A program made the position numbers and the translations under genes. Positions 1 through 11,175 of a DNA stretch of 64,000 nt are shown in pieces. Origin of the DNA: a virus (Duplodnaviria; Heunggongvirae; Uroviricota; Caudoviricetes); IMG/VR virus record IMGVR_UViG_2837719392_000001, one strand, 5' to 3'. The notes beneath the pieces are model-generated. The model had not been told where the DNA came from. It saw nothing but the letters and a program-made list of their open reading frames with translations, and did not search any database. Each line of letters opens with the position of its first letter. Position 1 is the first letter of the stretch.

Positions 1-1180
1 TAGATGTATTATAGCTGAAAGCTGCAGCATACTTATATTGAGAAGGATAATCAATTAAATGCTCATCATTTTTTTTACTGCAAGAATGTTCTGTTACATC
101 CTCATCTACAAATTGATTGTATAATGTTTCTCCACACCAGTAATCATTGTTATCAATTCTATGATACGTAAGCTGAGTGCCAGGATTTGATGATATTCCC
201 ATTAATTTTGTAAAAGTATATTGTCCAATAGGTGTTCTCGTACTGTTTTCACTTCCTGTTCCTACTCCAGCCTTACCAAAATCAGCTGTTGTCTTTAGAA
301 CTTCCTTCCATTTTCCATTCACCTTCTGATAATAAATAAATGTTCCTTGTCTTGATGAACTTGATGGAGCTGATGCAATCATGATTTTCGAATAGCTCTT
401 AGCAACTTTTAAATTTGCTACCCATAAATCTTTTGACGATGCACTGGATGAACCAGATGTTCCGGTATTCTTATTTGAAGAGCTTGAAGAATTGCTACTT
501 GCTGTTTTGTTACTCGTAGAACTCCCCGTATGTGATGAGTTTGAGTTGTTTGTCTTGTTTGATGACGTAGTTGTTGAACTTGAGTTCTTTTGTGATGATT
601 GACTTGTAGTGCTTCCCTTTGAAGAACTCTTAGAAGTAGTATTCTTTGATGCCGTTACAGCCTTTTCTTTGACTGTCAAATCAATTTCCTTTTGAGCCTT
701 GTTCTGATATTTATCAGTAGCTGTGACCTTCACCTTATAATTTCCTGATTTTGTATAGTCAATTTGACTATCTTCAACTGTAATGGTTACATCAGACAAA
801 TCTGTTGCCGTAAATTTCTTTTTATTAATCTTTTCACCATTATCAACAGTGACCTTTGTTGTTCCATCGGTAAAGGTTGGAGCCTTTGTGTCTTCAACTT
901 TCACTGTCACTTCCTGATTCGTATTTCTGTGACTAATCTTTAATGAATATTGCCCAACGGCAGGGTATTCTTTCCCTTCTTCATTTTCTGGAATCCCTGT
1001 CATTGTTGAATTTTTCATATATTCATCACTGTTTTCTAGATACGTTTTCAAATCCGAAGAAATGATTTCTCCATATTCTACTGTTAATTCTTTATTCTTT
1101 AATTTCATTTGTTCCTGCTGGCATCCACTAACCATTAATGACACTAACAGTACCAAAAAAACTTGTAAACATTTTCTCAT
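1..1180 (-). CDS. surface lipoprotein, 3'-truncated by window edge. Signal peptide MRKCLQVFLVLLVSLMVSGC (lipobox), Ig-like repeat region, S/T/N-rich linker, C-terminal domain of unclear (possibly L,D-transpeptidase-like) type
   Basis: Reverse-strand translation from ATG at 1178-1180 preceded by GGAGGAAGAAA RBS. Open frame continues to position 1. The ORF track misses it because it has no stop in the window. Confidence 0.6.
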   Translation of the reverse strand, partial: MRKCLQVFLVLLVSLMVSGCQQEQMKLKNKELTVEYGEIISSDLKTYLENSDEYMKNSTMTGIPENEEGKEYPAVGQYSLKISHRNTNQEVTVKVEDTKAPTFTDGTTKVTVDNGEKINKKKFTATDLSDVTITVEDSQIDYTKSGNYKVKVTATDKYQNKAQKEIDLTVKEKAVTASKNTTSKSSSKGSTTSQSSQKNSSSTTTSSNKTNNSNSSHTGSSTSNKTASSNSSSSSNKNTGTSGSSSASSKDLWVANLKVAKSYSKIMIASAPSSSSRQGTFIYYQKVNGKWKEVLKTTADFGKAGVGTGSENSTRTPIGQYTFTKLMGISSNPGTQLTYHRIDNNDYWCGETLYNQFVDEDVTEHSCSKKNDEHLIDYPSQYKYAAAFSYNTS

Positions 1181-1204
1181 TTTCTTCCTCCTTGCAACAA
1201 AAAA

Positions 1205-1240
1205 AAGATGTGTAGCTTTGTACACATCTCCTTCGTATAT
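1205..1240 (-). terminator. rho-independent terminator of recJ
   Basis: Hairpin AGATGTGTA-n6-TACACATCT followed by a T8 run on the minus strand. Confidence 0.55.
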
Positions 1241-1284
1241 ATTTACATGATTATTTTATCATATCTTGTTATTCTTGGGATAAT

Positions 1285-3099
1285 CTAAGCTCTATCAACT
1301 TCTATAACATTGTATCTTGGTCCAACCCCATTAAAATCAGTATATCCGACTTCAATCAGATAATTGACATTGGCCTTTTTATCCTTCTTTCTTTGATATG
1401 TTTCGGCACGGATTTCTCTAGCTTCATTTTCTGTGACATTATCTCTTTCCATGATTCGCTGAACATTATCACTCATTGTAAATGACTCTTCATTACAAAT
1501 CGGTTTAACATTTTTTAATCCTCCAAACAACCACAATTCTAAAGCTGGGAAGGATTTCTTTCCATGGTCAAAGACCATTTCATATTGCGTCATTTTAGCG
1601 TGGTTAGACTTGTAATAGAGGTCAATTCTTGATACATTGAAACTCATTTTTGCTATAGGCAAAGGCAATCCGTTTCCAAATGGCTTCAATTTCTTAATCT
1701 CTTCTACAAAAGCCAATCTTTCCTTGCGATTATGGATTTGAACATAAGTCTTTTCAATAACCTTACCTTGTTCTTGCTTTTCCACACTCTCGCAAAACTC
1801 TTGTTTAAACTCTTCCAAATTTTCATCCAGCACGGTCAACCCTGCTGCATCGGCATGTCCTCCATATGCATATAGCAAATGTTTTCTGTCATCAATGTCT
1901 TGAAGAGTATCATACAAGTTGATAAGCGAGTTTCCTCTTGCTGAACCTTTCCAGGCCTTTTGACCATCCACCATACAGTCTGTCATGACTAGAGTCGTCT
2001 TATTATTTTCATTCATGTAAGCACCAGCCAAAATCCCAATAATTCCCTCATGGATTCCTTCTTGAGCAATAAAATTGACTGATGTTGATTCATCAAGATG
2101 GATTCTTTCCATAGTCTGTTTTTTGATGTCCTTTCTTTCTTCATTTAAAAAGACAATAAATGAGCAGGCTCTTCTGGCATCTTCTTTATTATCAGTCGTT
2201 AAGAAATCAACTGCCAACTTAGCATCATGTAAACGTCCAACAGCATTGATGGCTGGCGCAATGGAAAATCCAATGGACTGCTCATCAAATGTTTCCTGAT
2301 TCACTTCCTGATAATCCATAAGCATTTTAAGATGCCAGTCGGGTTCAGTCTGGATAGACTTGATTCCATCCTTTAACCATTTTCTATTCTCATTGACCTG
2401 TGATAAGTCTTCATCAGCTGATGCAATAGGCATGACGTCTGAAACAATGGTCAAAGCTGAAAGCTGTAATAGGTATTTTCGAAGATTGTCTTTCTTCTTC
2501 TTTAAAGCCTTGCTATTATCCAATAACAAGCTTGCAACCTTATATGCAACCTGTGCCCCACTGATGTATGGGAATGGATATGCTCCAATTTGAGGATGCA
2601 CGATGAGATTGGCATTTGGCAAGACTGATGATGGTGTATGATGGTCGGTAACGTATACATACAATCCTTTCTCTCTTGCATAGTCAATAACCTCATGACA
2701 GGCAATTCCATTATCACAGGTTAAGATAGCCTTGATATTATCATCTAGAGCCTTATCTATCATCTCCTTGCATAATCCATACCCATTTCTGATACGATGA
2801 GGGATATCATAATCCACTCTAGCATGAATGAATGTTAAAGCAAGGTATAAGATAGAAGTTGCTCCTACACCATCCATATCATAATCTCCCATAATTCTGA
2901 TTTTTTCATTGTTTTTGATGTGAGTTTGAAGAGCTTCGCATAACTCTACACAATTATCCAATAACTTTGGCGAATGCAACTCACAGGGGTTGTAGAGAGT
3001 TTGGATGGATTTTTGGGAGAATCCTAAATGCGTTAACCATTCATCCATCTGAACATTGTCTACAAGTCCGCTTGTTTTATCTAATTCCTTCCAGTTCAT
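1285..3099 (-). CDS. recJ: single-stranded-DNA-specific exonuclease RecJ (DHH/DHHA1 family)
   Basis: 604 aa. DHH motifs (IMGDYDMDGVGATSIL, VTDHH) and GGHADAAG. AGGAGGAG RBS. Confidence 0.9.
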   Translation of the reverse strand: MNWKELDKTSGLVDNVQMDEWLTHLGFSQKSIQTLYNPCELHSPKLLDNCVELCEALQTHIKNNEKIRIMGDYDMDGVGATSILYLALTFIHARVDYDIPHRIRNGYGLCKEMIDKALDDNIKAILTCDNGIACHEVIDYAREKGLYVYVTDHHTPSSVLPNANLIVHPQIGAYPFPYISGAQVAYKVASLLLDNSKALKKKKDNLRKYLLQLSALTIVSDVMPIASADEDLSQVNENRKWLKDGIKSIQTEPDWHLKMLMDYQEVNQETFDEQSIGFSIAPAINAVGRLHDAKLAVDFLTTDNKEDARRACSFIVFLNEERKDIKKQTMERIHLDESTSVNFIAQEGIHEGIIGILAGAYMNENNKTTLVMTDCMVDGQKAWKGSARGNSLINLYDTLQDIDDRKHLLYAYGGHADAAGLTVLDENLEEFKQEFCESVEKQEQGKVIEKTYVQIHNRKERLAFVEEIKKLKPFGNGLPLPIAKMSFNVSRIDLYYKSNHAKMTQYEMVFDHGKKSFPALELWLFGGLKNVKPICNEESFTMSDNVQRIMERDNVTENEAREIRAETYQRKKDKKANVNYLIEVGYTDFNGVGPRYNVIEVDRA

Positions 3100-3608
3100 C
3101 TTGACTCCTCCTTTATGATTCTTTTGAGTTCTGAAGCGAATATCCAGTCGGGAAGTTCATAGTGGACGGTATGCCCTTTCCATGTTCCCTTTGTAAAGTT
3201 AATATTGTTGACAAGTTTAATTCCTGTCATGTTATGTAAAGCAACATCTTCCAGATTCTTTGTATAGTCATCAAGCAAGTATGACTCATGTGAATTATCA
3301 CTTGAATTCATGTAATGGCTCTTTTGCTTGCCATAGGGAACATAGATTCTATCTTTTTTATCAATAAACGGTAGATATTTATCAACAAGCTGATTCTTTT
3401 CTTCCAGAATGTAATCTCTGTCCAGACATGATGACAATATCTTGAGTTTCACATCTGGATTCTCTTTATGGAAAGTCTTAATCCCTCTAATGACATTATC
3501 GAATGGATAAAGTGATGAGAAAAAGCCTCTTTCCAGTATTTCATCCAGTGATGCATCCTTTTTAAATTCAAAACATGTTCCATCTAAATCTATATATAAT
3601 GTTTTCAT
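3096..3608 (-). CDS. HAD-superfamily 5'(3')-deoxyribonucleotidase-like protein (NT5C family)
   Basis: MKTLYIDLDGT HAD motif I. Start moved to the Met with AGGAGAG RBS (ORF track start 3656 lacks an RBS). 4-nt overlap with recJ. Confidence 0.6.
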   Translation of the reverse strand: MKTLYIDLDGTCFEFKKDASLDEILERGFFSSLYPFDNVIRGIKTFHKENPDVKLKILSSCLDRDYILEEKNQLVDKYLPFIDKKDRIYVPYGKQKSHYMNSSDNSHESYLLDDYTKNLEDVALHNMTGIKLVNNINFTKGTWKGHTVHYELPDWIFASELKRIIKEESR

Positions 3609-3707
3609 ATCTTCTCTCCTTTCTGTAGTGACATTATTTTCATTTATCCATGACATTTTTTGCTTTTCGTCTTGTATCTTGTGACAATATTTTCTTTTGG
3701 TCTTGTA

Positions 3708-5954
3708 TTAGATATCATATTGCTTTAGCAGTTCAGTCAACATGGTATTTCTTTTTCTTTCCTTGTTGTCCAATGCATGTTGCATCATATCCTTTTGACC
3801 AACAATAAAAAGTTCGTTTTTGTTTCTTGTCATTCCTGTGTAAACAAGACGTTTCTTTATCATGAATCGGTGTAATCCATCCATAAGCATAATAGAGCAC
3901 TTGTATTCAGAACCCTGAGTTTTATGAATGGTCATAGCATAAGCCAAGCGCAATTCATCAAACTCTTCTCTTAGGTATGTATGCTCCATTCCATCATAAT
4001 CCACAACAATTCTATCTTCATTGCTATTCTTTGTATCTGAGTAAATACAATCAATCACATTTCCAACCATACCATTGAACAGATTAAATTCTGGATGGTT
4101 CTTCAACTGAAGAACTCTATCCCCTACCCTAATGATTTTCTTGAATCCAACTTTCATTTCAGGCTTGTCTTCATCATAGGGATTTAATATAGCCTGTATT
4201 TCCACGTTCATGACATCACAGCCAATATCACCTTTATTCTGTGGCTCCAGCAAGCAGACATTTTCAACACCCCACTGTGTCACTTTCTTGAGATAAAGCT
4301 GTAACACTTCATCTTTAGTCGCCTGAATATCACTTTCTGGTGTTTCAATGAATGCAAAATCTTGAGCATCAGTTAAATCTGGTACTCTTTCCTGAAAGTT
4401 GAAGTCAAGAGCTCTTGGCAATGTTGTACTCCCATCAACAGCTCGATAGATTTTTTCAAGGATTGTTTTTGGAATATAATCTACATCAATCAAATCCTCC
4501 AAGACTTGTCCTGGGTCAACAGATGGCAACTGGTCCTTATCACCTGTCAAGATGACGACAGTATCTGAAGAGATGGCTTTCATCAATCGTTCAAAAAGAA
4601 CAATATCAACCATTGAAAACTCGTCGACAATCAACAAATCAACCTGCAAAGGATTATGTTCATTGTATTTCCATCCCGTTTCAGGATTATATCCAAGTAA
4701 TCTATGGATTGTGCTTGCTTCCATTCCTGTAGCTTCTGACATTCTTGTAGCAGCCTTTCCTGCTAGCGCACATAACTTAATGTTGACTCGTTTCTTGCTG
4801 TTTTGGAATATATAGCAGATACAATCAATCAATGTTGTCTTTCCACTTCCTGGTGGACCAGATATTATGGAAAACTGATTAATAGATGAACGCTTGATTC
4901 CTTCTCTTTGTTTGTCAGCCAACTGAAAACCCTTCATTGACTCATACTGCTCAATCATTTCATCTACTTTGCTCTCTGCAACTATTCTGTTTTTGCGTAC
5001 TGCTGTAGCAACCATTTGAGCAACATTGTTTTCTGCTTTGTAGATATATGGCAGGTAGATGACAATATCTGTTTTCTTCAGCCTCTTATAAATCTTTCTA
5101 GAATCCAGCATCTTAATGATTGCTTCTCTGATAAGCGATTCATCTACATTTAATCCTCTCTCTGCCTGAACAATCAATTCTTCTAGAATCATGTAACAGT
5201 CACCTGTATATAGTTTTGCTTTTAGCAACGATATGATATATGCCTCTATTCTTCTTAAATCCTCTTTTGAATAGTTGTAATATCTTAAACCAATCCCATC
5301 AACAGTCTCAAAAGAAAATCCGTCAACATTAATCAGTTGATAGGGATTATCATCTATGATGCTTGATGCATTTGTTCCCCAGAGTTTTAAGAGTTTTAGT
5401 GCTGAGTTTAGTGAAACACCAAAACGAACAAATTTATAATAAAGAGAATCTATCGCCTGGTATTTTTTTTGTTTTTCAAGAGCTTTGTCAATGGTTTTCT
5501 GTCCAATCCCACTTACATCCTTCATATCCACTCTGAACTCCTCAATGTTTTGTTTGAAGGTGTTGATGGCATTTAGTGGGTTGCTATCATAATAGTCAAT
5601 CAGTCTTTCTGCTCTTTTAGGACCGAATAGAAATGCAAGCATTGACGTTGCTCCTACGATGTCATCATCAGCTCTGATAGCGTAAGTGAAATGAAATTCA
5701 TCTTTCCCGTTCTTCCCTTTCTTCCATTCTCCAATGAATTCCAGATAATCACCTACAGAATGATGATTTGTTGTACCGACGGCTTTGAACTTCTTATTTG
5801 TCAATGGGTCTCTAACGTTCAAAACACACCATAATAGTTCATCTGCTTCTAGAAAACCTTTAGGTACTATTACATAATCAATCCATCCTCTGATTCTTTC
5901 TAAATTCTCCTGACTCTCCATCTTCTTTTTTATAATTCTTTCTTTGAGTCCCAT
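3708..5954 (-). CDS. recD2: RecD2-like ATP-dependent DNA helicase (SF1B)
   Basis: 748 aa. Walker A GPPGSGKTT, LIVDEFSMVD, VLTGDKDQLPSV, TIHKTQGSEY. AAAGGAGG RBS. Confidence 0.85.
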   Translation of the reverse strand: MGLKERIIKKKMESQENLERIRGWIDYVIVPKGFLEADELLWCVLNVRDPLTNKKFKAVGTTNHHSVGDYLEFIGEWKKGKNGKDEFHFTYAIRADDDIVGATSMLAFLFGPKRAERLIDYYDSNPLNAINTFKQNIEEFRVDMKDVSGIGQKTIDKALEKQKKYQAIDSLYYKFVRFGVSLNSALKLLKLWGTNASSIIDDNPYQLINVDGFSFETVDGIGLRYYNYSKEDLRRIEAYIISLLKAKLYTGDCYMILEELIVQAERGLNVDESLIREAIIKMLDSRKIYKRLKKTDIVIYLPYIYKAENNVAQMVATAVRKNRIVAESKVDEMIEQYESMKGFQLADKQREGIKRSSINQFSIISGPPGSGKTTLIDCICYIFQNSKKRVNIKLCALAGKAATRMSEATGMEASTIHRLLGYNPETGWKYNEHNPLQVDLLIVDEFSMVDIVLFERLMKAISSDTVVILTGDKDQLPSVDPGQVLEDLIDVDYIPKTILEKIYRAVDGSTTLPRALDFNFQERVPDLTDAQDFAFIETPESDIQATKDEVLQLYLKKVTQWGVENVCLLEPQNKGDIGCDVMNVEIQAILNPYDEDKPEMKVGFKKIIRVGDRVLQLKNHPEFNLFNGMVGNVIDCIYSDTKNSNEDRIVVDYDGMEHTYLREEFDELRLAYAMTIHKTQGSEYKCSIMLMDGLHRFMIKKRLVYTGMTRNKNELFIVGQKDMMQHALDNKERKRNTMLTELLKQYDI

Positions 5955-5994
5955 TATAATCCTCCTTTTAAAGAAAGAGGCCTAATAGCCTCTT

Positions 5995-6627
5995 CTAATG
6001 ATTCTTGATATATGCAAGATAAATGAATTCTAACATGGCTACGAGTCTTTCTGTTCTGACAGGGACAGATACTCTAGCTGTTTTCCCATCTCTTGTTTCT
6101 GAAACACCAATCATCCAGTTTCCTTCACGATTTCCTGGAGTGACTGTAAATGTTCTTTGGAATGCCTTCCCTTCAAATTCGGGTTGTTTAAATTCACTAA
6201 AGACTGCTGAAGCGAATTTTTTCTTTCCATCTCTCATGGCTTCTCTTTCTGTTGCTTCTAAATCAAAGATATAGCCTGACGTAAAGGCCCATCTTAAGTA
6301 TAGTAAATTCTTAAAATCCAAATAGTAAGGGATGAACGCCTTTTGTTTGTTGGATTCATCTAATTCGACGAAGTTCATATGAACCTTACAGTCCATACCT
6401 GCATCATCATCAACCAAATTAAATCCATCCTGTAAAACTTCTAGGAATACATCTCCTCCTGTTTTTCTTTGAGCATATACTTTATCAATTTTCTTAGCAT
6501 ATTCTTTCTTATCTTCCTTTTCTTTGACTTCAGTTTTAACTTCTGAACTCATAGTTTTAGGAGTATATGTTTTCATTTCTACTCCCTTGTTTTCTTTGTT
6601 TGCTTTTGCTTTGTCTTTTAATCCCAT
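5995..6627 (-). CDS. hypothetical protein (Lys/Glu-rich N-terminus)
   Basis: 210-aa ORF. No recognisable motifs. Confidence 0.45.
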   Translation of the reverse strand: MGLKDKAKANKENKGVEMKTYTPKTMSSEVKTEVKEKEDKKEYAKKIDKVYAQRKTGGDVFLEVLQDGFNLVDDDAGMDCKVHMNFVELDESNKQKAFIPYYLDFKNLLYLRWAFTSGYIFDLEATEREAMRDGKKKFASAVFSEFKQPEFEGKAFQRTFTVTPGNREGNWMIGVSETRDGKTARVSVPVRTERLVAMLEFIYLAYIKNH

Positions 6628-6746
6628 AGTTTTCCTCCTTTAAACAAAAAAGACACACATCATGTGCGTCTTTTCTTTCGTATATGATTTACATATATAT
6701 TTTATCATAAATCATTATTTCATTGTAAAGATAAATAATAATAATT

Positions 6747-6762
6747 TGGTCACTAGTGACCA
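6747..6762. repeat. parS-like perfect palindrome TGGTCACTAGTGACCA (copy 1), extended to a 24-bp palindrome AATTTGGTCACTAGTGACCAAATT; 3' of parB
   Basis: Exact self-complementary 16-mer. One of 5 identical copies in the window. Confidence 0.8.
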
Positions 6763-6770
6763 AATTTCAG

Positions 6771-7820
6771 TTAGTCAGCAATTTTGGATTTTAGAGTATT
6801 TAAAACTGTTTCGATTTCCTGAATACTATCTAGAATTTCCTTTCTCTCATTTTCATCCACTGTTATTTTTATTCCATCCATTTGTTGTACCTGTTTTTTT
6901 ATCTTATCAATGTTCTTGATTGCTTCAAATCCTTTCATTCGAGAAACCTTTTTTGGTTTTGATTCTTTGAAAGTCTTCAGATAAGCCTTGAATTCCTTGT
7001 CTGTCATTTTATTAGATTTTTCTAAAACATTTTTCTGCATCTCAAGAGGCATATCAGACACTATAAGTGCCTCACTTTTTGAAATATATTCTTTTTCATA
7101 ATATTGTCTCAACATTGGATGTCCGTTGTAGATTTTGTAATATTGTTTAATTGCTGTTCGCCCGAAACTATACCCCATATCCTTAAAGGCGTATTGTATC
7201 TGTTCAATTTTTTCTTTTTTAGGATTGAAAGATACATAATTTCCTTCATCATCTTTTTCAAATATAATATCAAAGCAACTAAACAACTCATCTAGTTCAA
7301 TTTTTCTGTTGTATGCATTGGTTTCAACAATAACTTCTTGAATTTCCTGCTCAGTTGTTCCTAAAGGTAAAACTGTACACCATACCTGAGAAAAACGCTC
7401 TGCGACTTTTTCGTTTCCTTCATCAATTGCAGAATTATGAATATTTGTAATAGCTTTAAAACGTCTTGAACCAGCTTTGATTTCATATTTCCCAGAAGGT
7501 TTACCATCCTCATTTTGTAGCGTCAGAATAATGATGGGTTGTAACTGTCCTAGTTTTTTTATTGATTTTTCTAGATAATAAGTCCCTTTCACTTTAAATG
7601 GATTAGCTGTGTTATCGACCAATTTATCTAATGTAATATATCTCGCATTTAATCTGGTTGTTTCAGCTAATGTTTTTTCTATATTATCGGCGTCTATTGC
7701 CATTCTTTGTTGAGGTGAAAACAAACTTGTGCTATGTTGGCTTTTACCCATTGAATTTATCGACTTTCTCTGCTTAGCCATTGCTTTCATCTCCTTTCTC
7801 GTTTTCTTCATCTTGTTCAA
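6771..7820 (-). CDS. parB: ParB-like partition protein (ParB/Srx N-terminal domain)
   Basis: 349 aa. GxxQPIIxxx...YEIxAGSRRFKAI ParB box. Overlaps parA end. True start may be a downstream Met (7781-7811). Confidence 0.75.
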   Translation of the reverse strand: MNKMKKTRKEMKAMAKQRKSINSMGKSQHSTSLFSPQQRMAIDADNIEKTLAETTRLNARYITLDKLVDNTANPFKVKGTYYLEKSIKKLGQLQPIIILTLQNEDGKPSGKYEIKAGSRRFKAITNIHNSAIDEGNEKVAERFSQVWCTVLPLGTTEQEIQEVIVETNAYNRKIELDELFSCFDIIFEKDDEGNYVSFNPKKEKIEQIQYAFKDMGYSFGRTAIKQYYKIYNGHPMLRQYYEKEYISKSEALIVSDMPLEMQKNVLEKSNKMTDKEFKAYLKTFKESKPKKVSRMKGFEAIKNIDKIKKQVQQMDGIKITVDENERKEILDSIQEIETVLNTLKSKIAD

Positions 7821-8736
7821 TGATTTCTTTTGCTAAAGAATATATGGCTTGTCTATATGATTGCCAAGCTTTGCCATTTTGTTGAACAGCAATCTCACCT
7901 GTTCCTGATAACTCTTTTAGCTTCAAGTTTCTTGGTATGATTGTTTTAAACATGTGAAGATTATTGTTACTAGCATAATCTGAAACCTCATCATAGGTTC
8001 TCTTGTCAAAATTCGTTTTTGCGAATTCATTGAAAAGCACCCCTCTTATTTTGAACATAGGAAGCACCTGACCTAAATCCTGTAAATTATCAAGAACCAT
8101 ATCAATTCCTAATGTACTTAATTGGTCTGTAATTGTTGGGATAATAATAGAGTCACATGCTAATAATGTACTAGTTACCAAGTATCCTAAATTTGGTGGA
8201 CAGTCAATAAAGATATAATCATAATCATACATCTTCTTGATTCTATTCACAATCATAGCTAATACTGCAGTTCCATATTGTCTATTTTCAGGCTGTATAA
8301 TAAAGGCGTCAGGTGGAGCTGCTGAATATATAAGTTCTGCTAATGATAAATCCTTACCAACGCTTGGAATTAAATCAAAGTAGAATTCCGTTTCTTTATC
8401 TTCCCATTGAATAGTTCCTTCTTTTCTTTGACTTTTTAGATATGTTGGGCGTATGATAGTTTCTTCAAAATCTTCATACTCAGGCAATTCCCCGAACCAT
8501 TGATATTTTTGTTCTAAATACCCTAACGTGCTGACTCCATCATCAACCTCAACTCTTCCGTTTTCCTTAATTGACATATTTGCCAAAAAGCTTAATGAAC
8601 ATTGGACATCGTTATCAATAACCAACACCTTCTTATTAAAATCTCTACCTAACGTCTCCGCTAGATTTATGGTTAATGTGGTTTTCCCGACACCACCCTT
8701 TGAATTATACATAGTAATAACTTTTGTATCGCTCAT
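7774..8736 (-). CDS. parA: ParA/Soj-family partition ATPase
   Basis: 320 aa. Deviant Walker A KGGVGKTT at the N-terminus. Confidence 0.85.
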   Translation of the reverse strand: MSDTKVITMYNSKGGVGKTTLTINLAETLGRDFNKKVLVIDNDVQCSLSFLANMSIKENGRVEVDDGVSTLGYLEQKYQWFGELPEYEDFEETIIRPTYLKSQRKEGTIQWEDKETEFYFDLIPSVGKDLSLAELIYSAAPPDAFIIQPENRQYGTAVLAMIVNRIKKMYDYDYIFIDCPPNLGYLVTSTLLACDSIIIPTITDQLSTLGIDMVLDNLQDLGQVLPMFKIRGVLFNEFAKTNFDKRTYDEVSDYASNNNLHMFKTIIPRNLKLKELSGTGEIAVQQNGKAWQSYRQAIYSLAKEIIEQDEENEKGDESNG

Positions 8737-8936
8737 TTCTTATCTACCCTTTCTATTCATTAAATAATTATAGCGAAATTAAATTATATAATCAAACCTT
8801 TTTATATAATATAGACTGATTAAAAAAGTGACTTTTAGAATTTTTTTAGATATTTGCGATTTTACAAGGAAACACATAGAAATCTTCACTTAGCGTATTC
8901 CTTACTATAACCTATCCAAACTCCATATATTAAAAA

Positions 8937-8952
8937 TGGTCACTAGTGACCA
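8937..8952. repeat. parS-like palindrome TGGTCACTAGTGACCA (copy 2), upstream of parA
   Basis: Exact 16-bp palindrome, flanked by AAA/TTT making a 22-bp palindrome. Confidence 0.8.
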
Positions 8953-9047
8953 TTTTTGTTTATTATTTATTTATTGCTAATATTGATATTATCCTTGCTA
9001 TCTTCTTTAATATCTTTTTAATGTATTTGATTTGTACTTATTGGATT

Positions 9048-9063
9048 TGGTCACTAGTGACCA
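9048..9063. repeat. parS-like palindrome (copy 3)
   Basis: Exact 16-bp palindrome. Confidence 0.8.
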
Positions 9064-9160
9064 TTTTTGAAAACATCATTTTCGCGCCCTCTGTCATTTA
9101 TGACAGTTTCTATCTATACCCTATATAACTTCATATTTCATATCGCATACTTGTATAATA

Positions 9161-9176
9161 TTGTTTCTTGGTCACT
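9161..9176. repeat. parS-like palindrome (copy 4)
   Basis: Exact 16-bp palindrome. Confidence 0.8.
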
Positions 9177-9199
9177 AGTGACCAAATTGAATTTATGAA

Positions 9200-11175
9200 G
9201 AATAAAGCATTGACTTTTAAAGGACTTCTTCCTTATGTCATATAAATTATAACTTTATATTCTAGGACGATTTTTTATTGTTTTATAAGGTTTTTCGATA
9301 GGTTTTTTTTAGTATTTTTCTCTTCTCTATATTTCTTTGGTTTTTTATACGTTTTATTCCATTTTTCTTTAGTTTCTATAATCATCTATCAATAATACCC
9401 CCCCTATTCTCGTCCCATTCAAACCCTACTCATCTCCCATTAATTCAAATGTATTTAGATAGAATTTGAATAGCTTATTCATTTAGACTCATTATGTATT
9501 CAACCCCTATTTATCTTCTATCCAACCTCCTTCATCCTCACAATTCATATTCTCACCATATCTGTCGATATCTTTTTCTCTATCCTTTATCTTATCATAT
9601 CCATACCACATCATATATGACGAGGATTGAGATAGAGTTTTATTAGGATTGTATATAAACACTCGTCTCTACTTCTTCACAAAAGAAAAGAGATGAAATC
9701 CTATCATTCCCCTATCTATTCCCTACAAGCTCAAGCTATACTTTAGTTGATATCCAGTAACGTTGTAGAGTGATGATAGAATATGGATAGAAAGAAGTCG
9801 CTTCTGTGCTAATTATTACCCTATACAAAAAGAATCCACACCTATTCATATCCTATCCAATTCCCCATAAATAAAGTAATGCTTTATAAAAGGATATTGA
9901 TAGAATTGAAATAGTATATCTATAAAAAAAACTAATCATAGACTTTACAATTGTACATAATCAATCCTATTTATAATCTATCAAATATCCTATACGTATA
10001 AAGTATGATGAATTGAATATAGCAAGGTTTTAAATAGATGCTGTGATATTTCTTTACAAAAGTCGTGATTAAAAACCTTTCATAATCTTTTACAATTCCT
10101 TCAGAACGAATCAGGAGTTGAAGGAATAGAAAAGAATTATAAAAGAATCTATCTTCTTCCCTCATTCTAAAAAGACTCTTTTCATATCCAAATATCTACA
10201 CCTTGTACCAATCTAAACCCTATCCAAACTCATTCAAGAACTCATTACATTATGAAAAGTTAAATTTAGATTTTGGGAAGGATAATATCCAGCTAAATTA
10301 TTGCTAAAGTATAACTTGAGTCATAGAAGAATTCTATCAATAATCTTTCAAGCTTCTTTCAGAGCTTTTATATAAGATAGGGTTAGTAGAGATAATGGAT
10401 TTTGATAGATGATGGATAGTATTTAGCTATGACATATAAAAATTATTATTTTATCAAAAAAGAAAATCCTATCAACTCTCTATCAAAATTCCTTCAATCT
10501 CAATTTATATAAAGTATAGCTTTAGTTATATAAACAACAACCCCTCATAAATTCCATTCATCTCCCATTCTGAATATAAAAATCTTATCGCATAGAAATA
10601 GTTTTAATAGAAGATAAAAAGAATATGAGGAGATTAAATGTACTTGGTATAAAATTATCAAATACCAATGTAACACCATCTAAACTCTTTTCAAAACAAA
10701 AAGATAACGATATCAGTTGAATAAGATAATGATAGAAGTAGGAGGGATGTGCAAAGAATCTTAATACACCATCAAAACTCTATCAAAAGCCTAATGATAT
10801 TGAATTGTAAAAGTTTGGATGATGATAGACTTTAGATGGGGTTGAAAGGGTTAAATTGATGGAAGGGTTTGGAAAGAATGTGGAGGGGTTCATATGAGCC
10901 TAAGAATAGGATAATGAGGGATATAGATAGACTCGTATTGGAAAAACAGTAAAAAAATACGATAAATCGCATATTTATCAAGAAAATAGTATTTTTAAGG
11001 AAAAAGAGGGAAAACCAATTAAAAACTATTAAAAAAACCAATAAGAAATAGGATAAAACTTAAAGTTATTATTCTTATTGTATAAGGAAGAAGTCCTCTT
11101 AAAGTCACTTTCATCAAACACTTAATTTATCCATCACAAAGAAGAATATGATACAATAGATACGTAATCTAATAC
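9200..11175. other. about 2-kb non-coding region with degenerate iteron-like repeats (ATCCTATC / CTATCAA(A) / TATCCAAACTC). Pyrimidine-rich top strand 9300-10600 switches to purine-rich at 10700-11050. Candidate replication origin and/or long ncRNA.
   Basis: No ORF >70 aa on either strand. Repeated motifs visible by eye. Ends at a strong intrinsic terminator. Confidence 0.35.

Noticed and set aside
1062-1250. 62-aa plus-strand ORF
   Set aside because: Antisense to the lipoprotein gene start and spanning the recJ terminator. No RBS.
2075-2717. Short ORFs inside or antisense to recJ (2075..2299 +, 2360..2593 +, 2502..2717 -), and similar inside recD2 (4552..4815 +), topB (55785..56288 +, 57188..57843) and dnaE (58881..59063 +, 62840..63052 +, 63705..63965 +)
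   Set aside because: Embedded in or antisense to long conserved genes. No RBS. Low-complexity translations.
8946-10165. Small ORFs in the parS/iteron non-coding region (8946..9128 +, 9971..10165 -) and 10832..11041 -
   Set aside because: Phe/Ile/Leu-rich translations of AT-rich repeats. No RBS. They span palindromic repeats.
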